A stretch of 64,000 bases of DNA from Alphaproteobacteria bacterium. GTDB taxonomy: Bacteria; Pseudomonadota; Alphaproteobacteria; UBA2966. The DNA is taken from NCBI GenBank assembly GCA_964291395.2, contig OZ219856.1, positions 1,952,001 through 2,016,000 of the forward strand, in the 5' to 3' direction. The notes beneath the pieces are model-generated. The model was not told the DNA's origin. It made no database searches and saw nothing but the letters and a program-made list of their open reading frames with translations. Positions 28,134 to 36,675 of the stretch are shown here, in pieces (within the stretch, counting starts at the first letter, position 1; each line of letters starts with the position of its first letter). Both the position numbers and the translations under genes were made by a program.

Positions 28134-28684
28134 TCAACATCGTGCTGTTGGCATTCCTGGTCGTCATCGCGCTGGCGATCATGCGCCTCCGGAACCTGTT
28201 CGGCGTCGTCATGCTGAGCGGAATCTACAGCCTGCTGATGGCGTCGGTCTTCGTCATCCTCGATGCGGTCGACGTGGCCTTCACGGAAGCGGCGGTGGGC
28301 GCCGGCATCTCCACGATCCTCATGCTTGGAACGCTCGCGCTGACGACGAGCCGCGAAAAGGTCCCCATGCACACGCCGTTGCTGCCGCTGGTCGTGACCT
28401 TCGTCACGGGTGCCATGCTGGTCTACGGCACCTGGGACATGCCCGCCTTCGGCGACGCCGCGGCTCCACCCAACCAGCACGTCGCACCCTACTACCTCGA
28501 GCGTTCGCTCGCGGAGACGGGCGTGCCCAACGTCGTCACGGCGGTGCTGGCGAGCTACCGGGGCTACGACACGCTGGGCGAGCTCACCGTGATCTTCACG
28601 GCCGGCATCGGCGTGCTGCTGCTGCTGGGCCGGCGCCGGGAGAAGGCGGCCATCAAGCCCGAGGCCGGGGACGGCGGCTCATGA
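28121..28684 (+). CDS. Mrp subunit, DUF4040 / MrpA C-terminal-like (MnhB-related); possible ATC start
   Basis: AVDVAFTEAAVGAG and NVVTAVLASYRGYDTLGE motifs; GAAGGA 8 nt upstream of ATC 28121; next canonical start is GTG 28142. Confidence 0.85.
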   Translation: MEPLVNIVLLAFLVVIALAIMRLRNLFGVVMLSGIYSLLMASVFVILDAVDVAFTEAAVGAGISTILMLGTLALTTSREKVPMHTPLLPLVVTFVTGAMLVYGTWDMPAFGDAAAPPNQHVAPYYLERSLAETGVPNVVTAVLASYRGYDTLGELTVIFTAGIGVLLLLGRRREKAAIKPEAGDGGS

Positions 28685-29097
28685 GGCATCACGTCATCCT
28701 GCGGGTGATCGCCAAGCTCGGCATCCCGTTCATCGTGCTGTTCGCGCTCTACGTGCAATTCCACGGCGATTTCGGGCCGGGCGGCGGCTTCCAGGCCGGC
28801 GTGATCTTCGGCGCGGCGTTCATCCTCTACGCCCTCATCTTCGGGCTGGACAACGCGCTCAAGGTGGCGCCGATGAATCTGGTCATCACCTTCATCGCCG
28901 TCGGCTTGCTGGTGTTCGCGGGCGTGGGCGTCGCCGCCCTGCTCCGCGGCGGCAAGTATCTCGACTACGGCGTGCTCGCCGACAATTTCGTCGCCGGACA
29001 GCATCTCGGCATCCTGCTCGTCGAGCTCGGGGTCGGGATCACGGTCGCCGCGGTCATGATCGCGATCTTCTTCACCTTCGCGGACCGGGGCCGGTAG
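28681..29097 (+). CDS. mrpB: Na+/H+ antiporter subunit B
   Basis: HGDFGPGGGFQAG and ELGVGITV motifs. Confidence 0.92.
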   Translation: MRHHVILRVIAKLGIPFIVLFALYVQFHGDFGPGGGFQAGVIFGAAFILYALIFGLDNALKVAPMNLVITFIAVGLLVFAGVGVAALLRGGKYLDYGVLADNFVAGQHLGILLVELGVGITVAAVMIAIFFTFADRGR

Positions 29098-29099
29098 CC

Positions 29100-29462
29100 G
29101 TGGAGTTTCTGATCGGCCACTACAACTACTGGATCTTCATCTTCTTGATGATGCTGGGATTCTACGTGGTGGTCGCGCGCGGAAACCTGGTCAAGAAGAT
29201 CATCGGCCTGAACATCTTCCAGGCCTCGGTATTCCTGCTCTACATCTCTATCGGCAAGGTCCTGGGCGGCACCGCGCCGATCATCATCGACGGCGGCGGC
29301 CCGGTGACCTATTCCAACCCGCTGCCGCACGTCCTCATCCTCACGGCGATCGTCGTCGGCGTCGCCACGACCGCACTCGGCCTGTCCCTGGTGGTCAGGA
29401 TCAACGAAGCCTACGGCACGATCGAGGAGGATGAGATCAGCGACATGGATCAGGAACCGTGA
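29100..29462 (+). CDS. mrpC: Na+/H+ antiporter subunit C
   Basis: NLVKKIIGL and NPLPHVLILTAIVVG motifs. Confidence 0.93.
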   Translation: MEFLIGHYNYWIFIFLMMLGFYVVVARGNLVKKIIGLNIFQASVFLLYISIGKVLGGTAPIIIDGGGPVTYSNPLPHVLILTAIVVGVATTALGLSLVVRINEAYGTIEEDEISDMDQEP

Positions 29463-30940
29463 TCGCCGCGCATTACGCCGCCCTCCAGGTCGTCGCACCG
29501 CTCATCGCGGCACCGCTCTGCGTGCTGCTGCGCCGGGGCATCCTGGCCTGGCTGGTCACCGTCGCCATTTCGTGGATCGCGCTCGGCATCGCCATCCAGC
29601 TCCTGATCCAGGTGCTGGCGACGGGCACCATCTCCTACGAACTCGGCGGGTGGGCCGCGCCGTGGGGCATCGAGTACCGGGTCGATTCGGTCAACGCCTT
29701 CGTCCTGTTGATCGTCTCGGGCATCTCGGCGGTCACCGCGCCTTACGCCCACAAGACGGTCGTCAAGGAGATCCCCGAGGACCGCCACTACCTGTTCTAT
29801 TCCGCCTATCTCCTGTGCCTCACGGGACTCTTGGGCATCACCATCACCGGCGACGCGTTCAACGTCTTCGTGTTCCTCGAGATCTCCTCGCTGTCGTCCT
29901 ACGTGCTGATCAGCCTGGGCAGCGAACGCAAGGCCCTGACGGCGGCCTACCAGTACCTCGTCATGGGCACCATCGGCGCCACCTTCTTCCTGATCGGCGT
30001 CGGGCTGATCTACGCCATGACGGGCACGCTCAACATGGCGGACATCGCAACGCGCCTCGACGCCGTCGAGAATACCCGGACGGTCCTGGCCGCGTTCGCG
30101 TTCATCACCGTGGGGCTCGGTCTCAAGCTCGCCCTGTTCCCCCTGCACCTTTGGCTGCCCAACGCCTACGCGTACGCCCCGTCCGCCGTGACCGTGCTGC
30201 TGGCCGCGACGGCCACGAAGGTGGCGATCTACACGATGCTGCGCTTCGTGTTCACGCTGTTCGGCTCGGATTTCGCCCTCGACGTGACGTTCCTCGCGGA
30301 GTTCCTGATGGCGCTCGCCCTGGTGGGCGTTTTCGCCGCCTCGATCACGGCGATCTTCCAGAACAACGTGAAGCGCATGCTGGCTTACTCCAGCGTCGCG
30401 CAGGTCGGCTACATGTTGCTGGGCGTCAGCTTCTTCTCGGTGACGGGCCTGACGGGAGGCATCGTTCACCTGTTCAACCACGCCATCATGAAGGGAGCGC
30501 TGTTCATGGCGCTCGGCGCGGTGTTCTACCGATTGGGCTCGGTCCACATCGACCGCATGCGGGGACTCGGCAAGCAGATGCCGCTCACCATGTTCGCCTT
30601 CGTGCTCGGCGGACTGAGTCTGATCGGCCTGCCCCTTACCGTGGGCTTCATCAGCAAGTGGTACCTGATCCTCGCGGCGCTCGAGCGCGGCTGGTGGCCG
30701 ATCGCCGGTCTGATCCTGCTGAGCTCGCTGCTGGCGGTCGCCTACATCTGGCGCGTGGTCGAAGCGGCTTATTTCCGCGACCCGGCGCCCCACCACCCAC
30801 GCGCGACGGAGGCGCCGCCCGCCCTGCTCGTGCCCACCTGGATCCTGGTACTCGCCAATTTCTATTTCGGCATCGATACGTCGGTCACGGTCGGGATCGC
30901 CGACAACGCCGCCAAGGTCCTGCTGGGATCGGGCGGATGA
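29459..30940 (+). CDS. mrpD: Na+/H+ antiporter subunit D (copy 1)
   Basis: DAFNVFVFLEI, LKLALFPLHLWLP and KRMLAYSS motifs. Confidence 0.92.
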   Translation: MIAAHYAALQVVAPLIAAPLCVLLRRGILAWLVTVAISWIALGIAIQLLIQVLATGTISYELGGWAAPWGIEYRVDSVNAFVLLIVSGISAVTAPYAHKTVVKEIPEDRHYLFYSAYLLCLTGLLGITITGDAFNVFVFLEISSLSSYVLISLGSERKALTAAYQYLVMGTIGATFFLIGVGLIYAMTGTLNMADIATRLDAVENTRTVLAAFAFITVGLGLKLALFPLHLWLPNAYAYAPSAVTVLLAATATKVAIYTMLRFVFTLFGSDFALDVTFLAEFLMALALVGVFAASITAIFQNNVKRMLAYSSVAQVGYMLLGVSFFSVTGLTGGIVHLFNHAIMKGALFMALGAVFYRLGSVHIDRMRGLGKQMPLTMFAFVLGGLSLIGLPLTVGFISKWYLILAALERGWWPIAGLILLSSLLAVAYIWRVVEAAYFRDPAPHHPRATEAPPALLVPTWILVLANFYFGIDTSVTVGIADNAAKVLLGSGG

Positions 30941-32409
30941 CCGGCGAACTGGCCATGGTCGTCGCGGTCCTGGCGCCTCTGGCGGGGGCCGTGCTGATCG
31001 CCGCGTCCCACCGTCATCCCAACCGGCGGGAGACGGCCACCCTGGTAACCGCCGTTGCGCTTTTCATCCTCGTGCTGCCGCTGCTCGAGCCGGTGATGGC
31101 GGGCGAGCGTCCGGGCACCACTCTGTGGGAGATCATCCCGGGCATCTCCATCAGCCTCGAGGCCGAACCGCTGGGCATGGTGTTCGCTCTGGTGGCGAGC
31201 TTCCTGTGGATCGTCACGTCGGTCTACTCCATCGGGTACATGCGCGGACACCACGAGGAGAACCAGACCCGGTTCTACGTCTGCTTCGCGATCGCGATTT
31301 CGAGCGCCATCGGCGTGGCCTTCGCCGCCAACATGTTCACTCTGTTCATCTTTTACGAGGTACTGACCCTGTCCACCTATCCGCTGGTGACGCACCACGG
31401 AACCGATGAGGCCCGGCGGGGCGGGCGTACCTACCTCGGGCTATTGCTGTTCACCTCCATCGGCTTCCAGCTCCTCGCCATCGTGTGGACGTGGTCCATC
31501 ACCGGCACGCTCGACTTCACGGTAGGCGGCATTTTCGAGGACAAGGTCAATCCGACGCTGATCGGAATTCTTCTGCTCCTGTACATGTTCGGGATTGGCA
31601 AAGCGGCGCTCATGCCATTTCACCGCTGGCTGCCCGCGGCCATGGTCGCTCCCACTCCTGTCAGCGCCTTGCTGCACGCGGTGGCAGTCGTCAAAGCCGG
31701 CGTGTTCACCGTGCTCAAGGTCACAGTCTATGTCTTCGGGATCGATTTGTTGGCCGATGTCCATGCCAAAGACCTCCTGCTATACGTCGCCGCGTTCACC
31801 ATCATCGCCGCCTCGCTCATCGCAATCAGAGAAGACAACCTGAAGCGGCGTCTTGCCTATTCAACGGTCAGCCAGCTTTCCTACGTCGTACTCGGAGGTA
31901 TGCTCGTCAACGAGATCAGCGTGATCGGAGGCGGCATGCACATCGCCATGCATGCGTTCGGCAAGATCACCCTGTTCTTCTGCGCCGGCGCGATTCTGGT
32001 GGCGGCTCACAAGACCAACGTCAGCGACCTCGACGGCATCGGCCGCGTGATGCCCATTACCATGTTCGCCTTTCTCGTCGGTGCACTAAGCGTGATTGGA
32101 CTGCCTCCGCTAGGTGGCTCCTGGAGCAAATTCCTTCTGGCACTGGGTGCTGCCAGATCTGACCAGTACGTCTTCGTAGGTGTGCTGATGCTGAGCACTC
32201 TCCTCAACGTGGCGTATCTTCTGCCTCCGGTGGTCCGCGCATTCTTTTTGCCGCCCCCGAGCGCTCCGGGTCAGCAAATTCCGTTCAACGAAGCGCCCCT
32301 AGCCTGTCTCGCCGCCATTTGCGTCACGGCAGCGGGTTCGGTGCTGCTGTTCTTTTTCGCCGACCCCCTGTACGTCTTGCTTGAACCGATTGTCATCACA
32401 ACGAGGTGA
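30937..32409 (+). CDS. mrpD: Na+/H+ antiporter subunit D/A-like (copy 2)
   Basis: KAALMPFHRWLPAAMVAPTPVSALLHAVAVVKAG and LKRRLAYST motifs. Confidence 0.9.
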   Translation: MTGELAMVVAVLAPLAGAVLIAASHRHPNRRETATLVTAVALFILVLPLLEPVMAGERPGTTLWEIIPGISISLEAEPLGMVFALVASFLWIVTSVYSIGYMRGHHEENQTRFYVCFAIAISSAIGVAFAANMFTLFIFYEVLTLSTYPLVTHHGTDEARRGGRTYLGLLLFTSIGFQLLAIVWTWSITGTLDFTVGGIFEDKVNPTLIGILLLLYMFGIGKAALMPFHRWLPAAMVAPTPVSALLHAVAVVKAGVFTVLKVTVYVFGIDLLADVHAKDLLLYVAAFTIIAASLIAIREDNLKRRLAYSTVSQLSYVVLGGMLVNEISVIGGGMHIAMHAFGKITLFFCAGAILVAAHKTNVSDLDGIGRVMPITMFAFLVGALSVIGLPPLGGSWSKFLLALGAARSDQYVFVGVLMLSTLLNVAYLLPPVVRAFFLPPPSAPGQQIPFNEAPLACLAAICVTAAGSVLLFFFADPLYVLLEPIVITTR

Positions 32410-32416
32410 GTATCCC

Positions 32417-32734
32417 GTGACACAGGGAACGCCGAAATCCGCGGGCACGCCGCCGGAAGCACCCGGTCATCCCGCCAAACCCTCCAGCGAGAGAGAGTAC
32501 TGGCTGGACCGATCAAAGAACGTGGACAAAGTGTTCTACGGAACTTGCCTGCTGTGCGCGCTTGTCGCTGCGGCCGACCTGCTTGTGCACCGCCACCTAA
32601 TTTTCTCGGTGGAAGCCCTGTTCGCCTTCTACGGCGTGTACGGTTTCGTTGCGTGCGTCGGCCTCGTGTTGGCAGCAAAGGAGTTGCGCAAGATCATAAA
32701 ACGGGACGAGGCGTACTACGGCGATGACCGCTAG
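32417..32734 (+). CDS. Small 2-TM protein of Mrp operons (hypothetical)
   Basis: FYGVYGFVACVGLVLAAK..RKIIKRDEAYY; sits between and overlaps mrpD genes. Confidence 0.8.
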   Translation: MTQGTPKSAGTPPEAPGHPAKPSSEREYWLDRSKNVDKVFYGTCLLCALVAAADLLVHRHLIFSVEALFAFYGVYGFVACVGLVLAAKELRKIIKRDEAYYGDDR

Positions 32735-34433
32735 CGAATTTGCTCACAGCATCCCCCCCGGCTTCGTTCTGCTCATCGGGGCGGGGCTCGTTCCGCTTCT
32801 CCGCGGCCGCCTCCGCGACGCCTACCTGCTTATGCTTCCCGTGGTCGGCCTGCTCCACCTCGTTTCACTGGAGACCGGCAGCCACGTCCAAACCAGCGTT
32901 CTCAGCCTCGAAATCATAGTACTTCGTGTCGACCAGATCGCGCTGGTTTTCGGCTACATATTTTATATCGCGACCTTTGTCAGCGTCATTTATGCGCTGC
33001 ACGTCAAGAAAGCCTTCGAACATGTGGCGGCGCTCACATATGCCGGGTCTGCAATCGGTGCCGTTTTCGCCGGTGACCTCATAACCCTTTTCGTATTCTG
33101 GGAACTCACCGCGGTCACCTCGGTTTTCTTGATCTTCGGGCGACGAACTCCCCGCGCCTACCGGGCGGGCATGCGCTACCTGGTCGTCCAGATCGGCTCC
33201 GGCGTGCTCTTGTTGGCCGGGACCATCCTCCACTATCTGGACACAAATTCGGTGGAGTTCGGACACCTCGGCATAGTGAGCCCCGCGACGACGTTGATTT
33301 TCATCGCATTCGGGGTCAAGTGCGCTTTCCCGTTGCTGCACAACTGGCTACAGGATGCTTATCCCGAGGCGACGGTCACGGGCACCGTATTTCTGTCGGC
33401 ATTCACAACCAAACTCGCCGTCTATGCCTTAGCCCGGGGCTACGCGGGAACAGAGATGCTCGTATGGATCGGCGCCACTATGACCGCCTTCCCGATATTC
33501 TACGCGGTGATCGAGAACGATCTCCGTCGGGTGCTCGCTTACAGCCTGAACAACCAGCTCGGCTTCATGGTCACGGGCATCGGCATCGGAACGGAGATGG
33601 CCCTGAACGGAACGATCTCACATGCCTTTTCGCACATTTTGTACAAGGCTCTGTTGTTCATGTCGATGGGCGCGGTGCTGTACCGAGTCGGCACTATAAA
33701 GGGCTCCGAGCTCGGCGGACTGTACAAGTCGATGCCGTGGACGGCGACATTCTGCATCGTGGGCGCCGCCTCGATCTCGGCGTTTCCCCTTTTCAGCGGC
33801 TTCATCTCCAAGGCGCTGATCATCACCGCGGCAGCGGAAAACGGTTATTTCATAACCTGGCTCATCCTGCTCTTCGCCAGTGCAGGCGTTTTTCACCATT
33901 CCGGCATCAAGATTCCGTATTTCGCGTTCTTCGCCCACGACTCCGGAAAACGCTGCGAAGAAGCACCTCGAAACATGCTCGTCGCCATGGCAATTGCCGC
34001 CGCCTTGTGCATTGGGATCGGCGTGTATCCGAACGTACTGTACAGCATCCTGCCATTCCCGGTGGATTTCCAGCCCTATACGCCCACGCACGTGTTGACC
34101 CAGCTTCAACTCTTGCTCTTTTCCGCCCTTGCCTTCGCAGTTCTCATCAGAACGGGCATCTATCCTCCTGAGCTCAAGTCGACAAACCTCGACTCCGACT
34201 GGTTCTATCGGCGCCTTGGCCCGCTTGCGGTCGGCGCCGTGTTGCGCCGGGTCGATCACGCGGCGGGTCTCCTGAAGAACGGCGTGAAGACGCAACTCAA
34301 GGAACTCGTCGACGGAATCTCCCGCCACCACGGGCCGGAAGGCGCCATGGCGCGCACCTGGCCGACCGGGGCGACGGCGCTCTGGGTCGCCATCCTGCTG
34401 GGCGCATTCCTGATCGCGTCCTTCTACGTCTAG
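32724..34433 (+). CDS. mrpD: Na+/H+ antiporter subunit D-like (copy 3)
   Basis: KCAFPLLHNWLQDAYP, SAFTTK and LRRVLAYS motifs. Confidence 0.9.
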   Translation: MTASEFAHSIPPGFVLLIGAGLVPLLRGRLRDAYLLMLPVVGLLHLVSLETGSHVQTSVLSLEIIVLRVDQIALVFGYIFYIATFVSVIYALHVKKAFEHVAALTYAGSAIGAVFAGDLITLFVFWELTAVTSVFLIFGRRTPRAYRAGMRYLVVQIGSGVLLLAGTILHYLDTNSVEFGHLGIVSPATTLIFIAFGVKCAFPLLHNWLQDAYPEATVTGTVFLSAFTTKLAVYALARGYAGTEMLVWIGATMTAFPIFYAVIENDLRRVLAYSLNNQLGFMVTGIGIGTEMALNGTISHAFSHILYKALLFMSMGAVLYRVGTIKGSELGGLYKSMPWTATFCIVGAASISAFPLFSGFISKALIITAAAENGYFITWLILLFASAGVFHHSGIKIPYFAFFAHDSGKRCEEAPRNMLVAMAIAAALCIGIGVYPNVLYSILPFPVDFQPYTPTHVLTQLQLLLFSALAFAVLIRTGIYPPELKSTNLDSDWFYRRLGPLAVGAVLRRVDHAAGLLKNGVKTQLKELVDGISRHHGPEGAMARTWPTGATALWVAILLGAFLIASFYV

Positions 34434-34459
34434 AGGCGGGTTCGGAACGGGATCACGAC

Positions 34460-35272
34460 ATGAAATGGGACTTTGAAGAGAAGGTTGCCGTCATCACGGG
34501 GGCGGGCAAAGGCATCGGCGCGGCCACCGCCCGAGGTATCGCCGAGGGCGGTGGCCGGGTGGCCGTGCTCGATATCGACGGAGACGCGGGACAAGCCGTT
34601 GCCGACGAACTGGGAGAAGCGGGCAGGTTCTTCAAGGCGGACGTGACCGACCGAAACGGCATTGGGGCCACGATCGATGCCGTTGCCGCTCACTTCGGCG
34701 GCATCGATATCCTGGTGAACAACGCGGGCGTCGTGACGCGGCACACCATCGCCAACATGCCGCCGGAGAACTGGGACCGCACGATGTCGATCAATCTGAC
34801 CGCCGTGTTCGACTGCACCCGGGCGGCGCTACCGCACCTCAAGGCGCGGGGCGGCGGGGCGATCGTGAACGTCTGCTCCATCTCCGGCCACCGGTTCTCG
34901 CTGATCGGCGGCGTGGACTACACCTCGACCAAGTGGGCGGTGCGCGGCCTCACCCGTCAGTCGGCCTACGAACTGGCGCAGTACGGCATCCGGGTCAACG
35001 CCCTGTGTCCCGGTCCGACACTCACACCGCTCGTGCACGGTTCCATGACCCGGGAGGAGATCGACCGGGCCGCCAGGAGCTTTCCCCTCGGCGACTGGGT
35101 CGACCCCCGGGACATCGCCAACGGCGCCCTCTTCCTGGCAAGCCCCGCGTCCCGTATGTGCACGGGCATCGATCTCATCATGGACGGCGGCTTCCTTCTG
35201 GTCGGCTCGCAGTCGATCGAGGAATACATGGAGGTGCGCGGGGACGTCGCGGCGGGCGGGAAACAGGCCTGA
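34460..35272 (+). CDS. Short-chain dehydrogenase/reductase
   Basis: TGAGKGIG, NNAG and YTSTK motifs. Confidence 0.92.
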   Translation: MKWDFEEKVAVITGAGKGIGAATARGIAEGGGRVAVLDIDGDAGQAVADELGEAGRFFKADVTDRNGIGATIDAVAAHFGGIDILVNNAGVVTRHTIANMPPENWDRTMSINLTAVFDCTRAALPHLKARGGGAIVNVCSISGHRFSLIGGVDYTSTKWAVRGLTRQSAYELAQYGIRVNALCPGPTLTPLVHGSMTREEIDRAARSFPLGDWVDPRDIANGALFLASPASRMCTGIDLIMDGGFLLVGSQSIEEYMEVRGDVAAGGKQA

Positions 35273-35310
35273 GGAGCCCGGAGCGGTCCCGGTTCGGCCG
35301 GAACCGCTCC

Positions 35311-35352
35311 CGTCACCCTCATCCTATCCCTCTCCCTGACAGGGAGGGGGAA
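35311..35352. repeat. REP-like alphaproteobacterial palindromic element
   Basis: CCCTCATCCTATCCCTCTCCCTGACAGGGAGGGGGAA, with an imperfect CCCTCTCCCTG/CAGGGAGGGG stem. Confidence 0.45.
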
Positions 35353-35440
35353 CCGCCGCGCCGCACCCGGGCGCGGTATTGCGGCGCTGCCACGCCAGGG
35401 ATAGGGTCGCCCACGACAACGGCCGTGAAAGGGGATCACC

Positions 35441-36025
35441 ATGGACATGACCGGCGAATACACGATTCCCGCCCCTCGCGAGAAGGTATGGGAAGCCCTC
35501 AACGACGCGGAAGTGCTCAAGGCCTCCGTTCCCGGTTGCGAGACGCTCGAAAAAGTTTCCGATACCGAGTTCACGGCGACCGTCATGTCCAAGGTAGGAC
35601 CCGTGCGGGCGAAGTTTAACGGCCGCGTGACGCTGTCGGACATCGACCCGCCGAACGGATACACCATTTCCGGCGAAGGCCAGGGTGGCGCGGCCGGGTT
35701 CGCCAAGGGCGGGGCCAAGGTCTCGCTGACCAGCGAGAACGGCGGGACCGTGTTGCGCTATGAAGCCAATGCCTCGGTCGGTGGCAAGATGGCGCAGATC
35801 GGCTCGCGCGTCGTCGAAGGCGTGGCCAAGAAGACGGCCGACGACTTCTTCGCGACATTCGTGGAACAGGTCGCCCCGAGCGGCGAGGCGGCAGAGAAGG
35901 CCGCTGCCGCTCCAGCGGGAGCACCGGTGGAGGCCGCACCTGCGGCCGAGTCCGGCATCCCCACGTGGGCCTGGGCGGTCGGCCTCATAGTCATCGTCGG
36001 AATCGGGCTGGTCGTCTTTTCGTAG
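35441..36025 (+). CDS. coxG: CoxG (SRPBCC) protein with C-terminal membrane anchor
   Basis: VWEALND..VPGCE and GGKMAQIGSR motifs; C-terminal TM segment. Confidence 0.9.
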   Translation: MDMTGEYTIPAPREKVWEALNDAEVLKASVPGCETLEKVSDTEFTATVMSKVGPVRAKFNGRVTLSDIDPPNGYTISGEGQGGAAGFAKGGAKVSLTSENGGTVLRYEANASVGGKMAQIGSRVVEGVAKKTADDFFATFVEQVAPSGEAAEKAAAAPAGAPVEAAPAAESGIPTWAWAVGLIVIVGIGLVVFS

Positions 36026-36206
36026 CCGGCGCGCTTCGCGGACCGAAACCGGAAGGGGCATGCCGGCCGATACGTTCCGGCGGATTCATTCCTTGACCTG
36101 ACCTAGCCCGAGTCGGACACTATTCCGTACAGGGAGGAACTGCCGACGCACCCGCCTCGGCCGCACCTCCATATGGCGAATTGCAAAGGGTTCTAGGGAG
36201 GATCAC

Positions 36207-36674
36207 ATGCCCACCGTTTCCCTTACGGTGAACGGCAAGGTGGTATCGGCCGAGGTCGAGAATCGCACCTTACTCGTTCAACTTCTTCGCGAAAAACTTG
36301 GACTTACGGGCACCCACGTCGGTTGCGATACCAGCCAGTGCGGTGCCTGCGTCGTTCACATCGATGGCGATGCGGTGAAGTCCTGCACCACTCTCGCGTT
36401 GCAGGTGGAAGGCGCGGACGTGACAACCATCGAGGGCTTGGCAACCAACGGTGAACTTCACCCCATGCAGGAGGCTTTCCGCGACAATCACGCCCTGCAG
36501 TGCGGATTCTGCACGCCCGGCATGGTGATGGCCGCCATCGACCTGGTGAACAAGAACCCGAATCCGGACGAACAGACGGTTCGGAGCGAGCTCGAGGGAA
36601 ACCTCTGCCGCTGCACGGGATACCACAATATCGTCAAGGCGATCATCGCCGGCGGCCAGGCAATGGGAGGCTGA
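36207..36674 (+). CDS. coxS: Molybdenum hydroxylase small (2Fe-2S) subunit
   Basis: [18 protein letters not shown] and CRCTGY motifs. Confidence 0.95.
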   Translation: MPTVSLTVNGKVVSAEVENRTLLVQLLREKLGLTGTHVGCDTSQCGACVVHIDGDAVKSCTTLALQVEGADVTTIEGLATNGELHPMQEAFRDNHALQCGFCTPGMVMAAIDLVNKNPNPDEQTVRSELEGNLCRCTGYHNIVKAIIAGGQAMGG

Positions 36675-36675
36675 C

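Noticed and set aside
29431-32409. 992-aa MrpA-like fusion as shown in the ORF track
   Set aside because: The first half is an alternative frame over mrpD copy 1; the real gene starts at ATG 30937.
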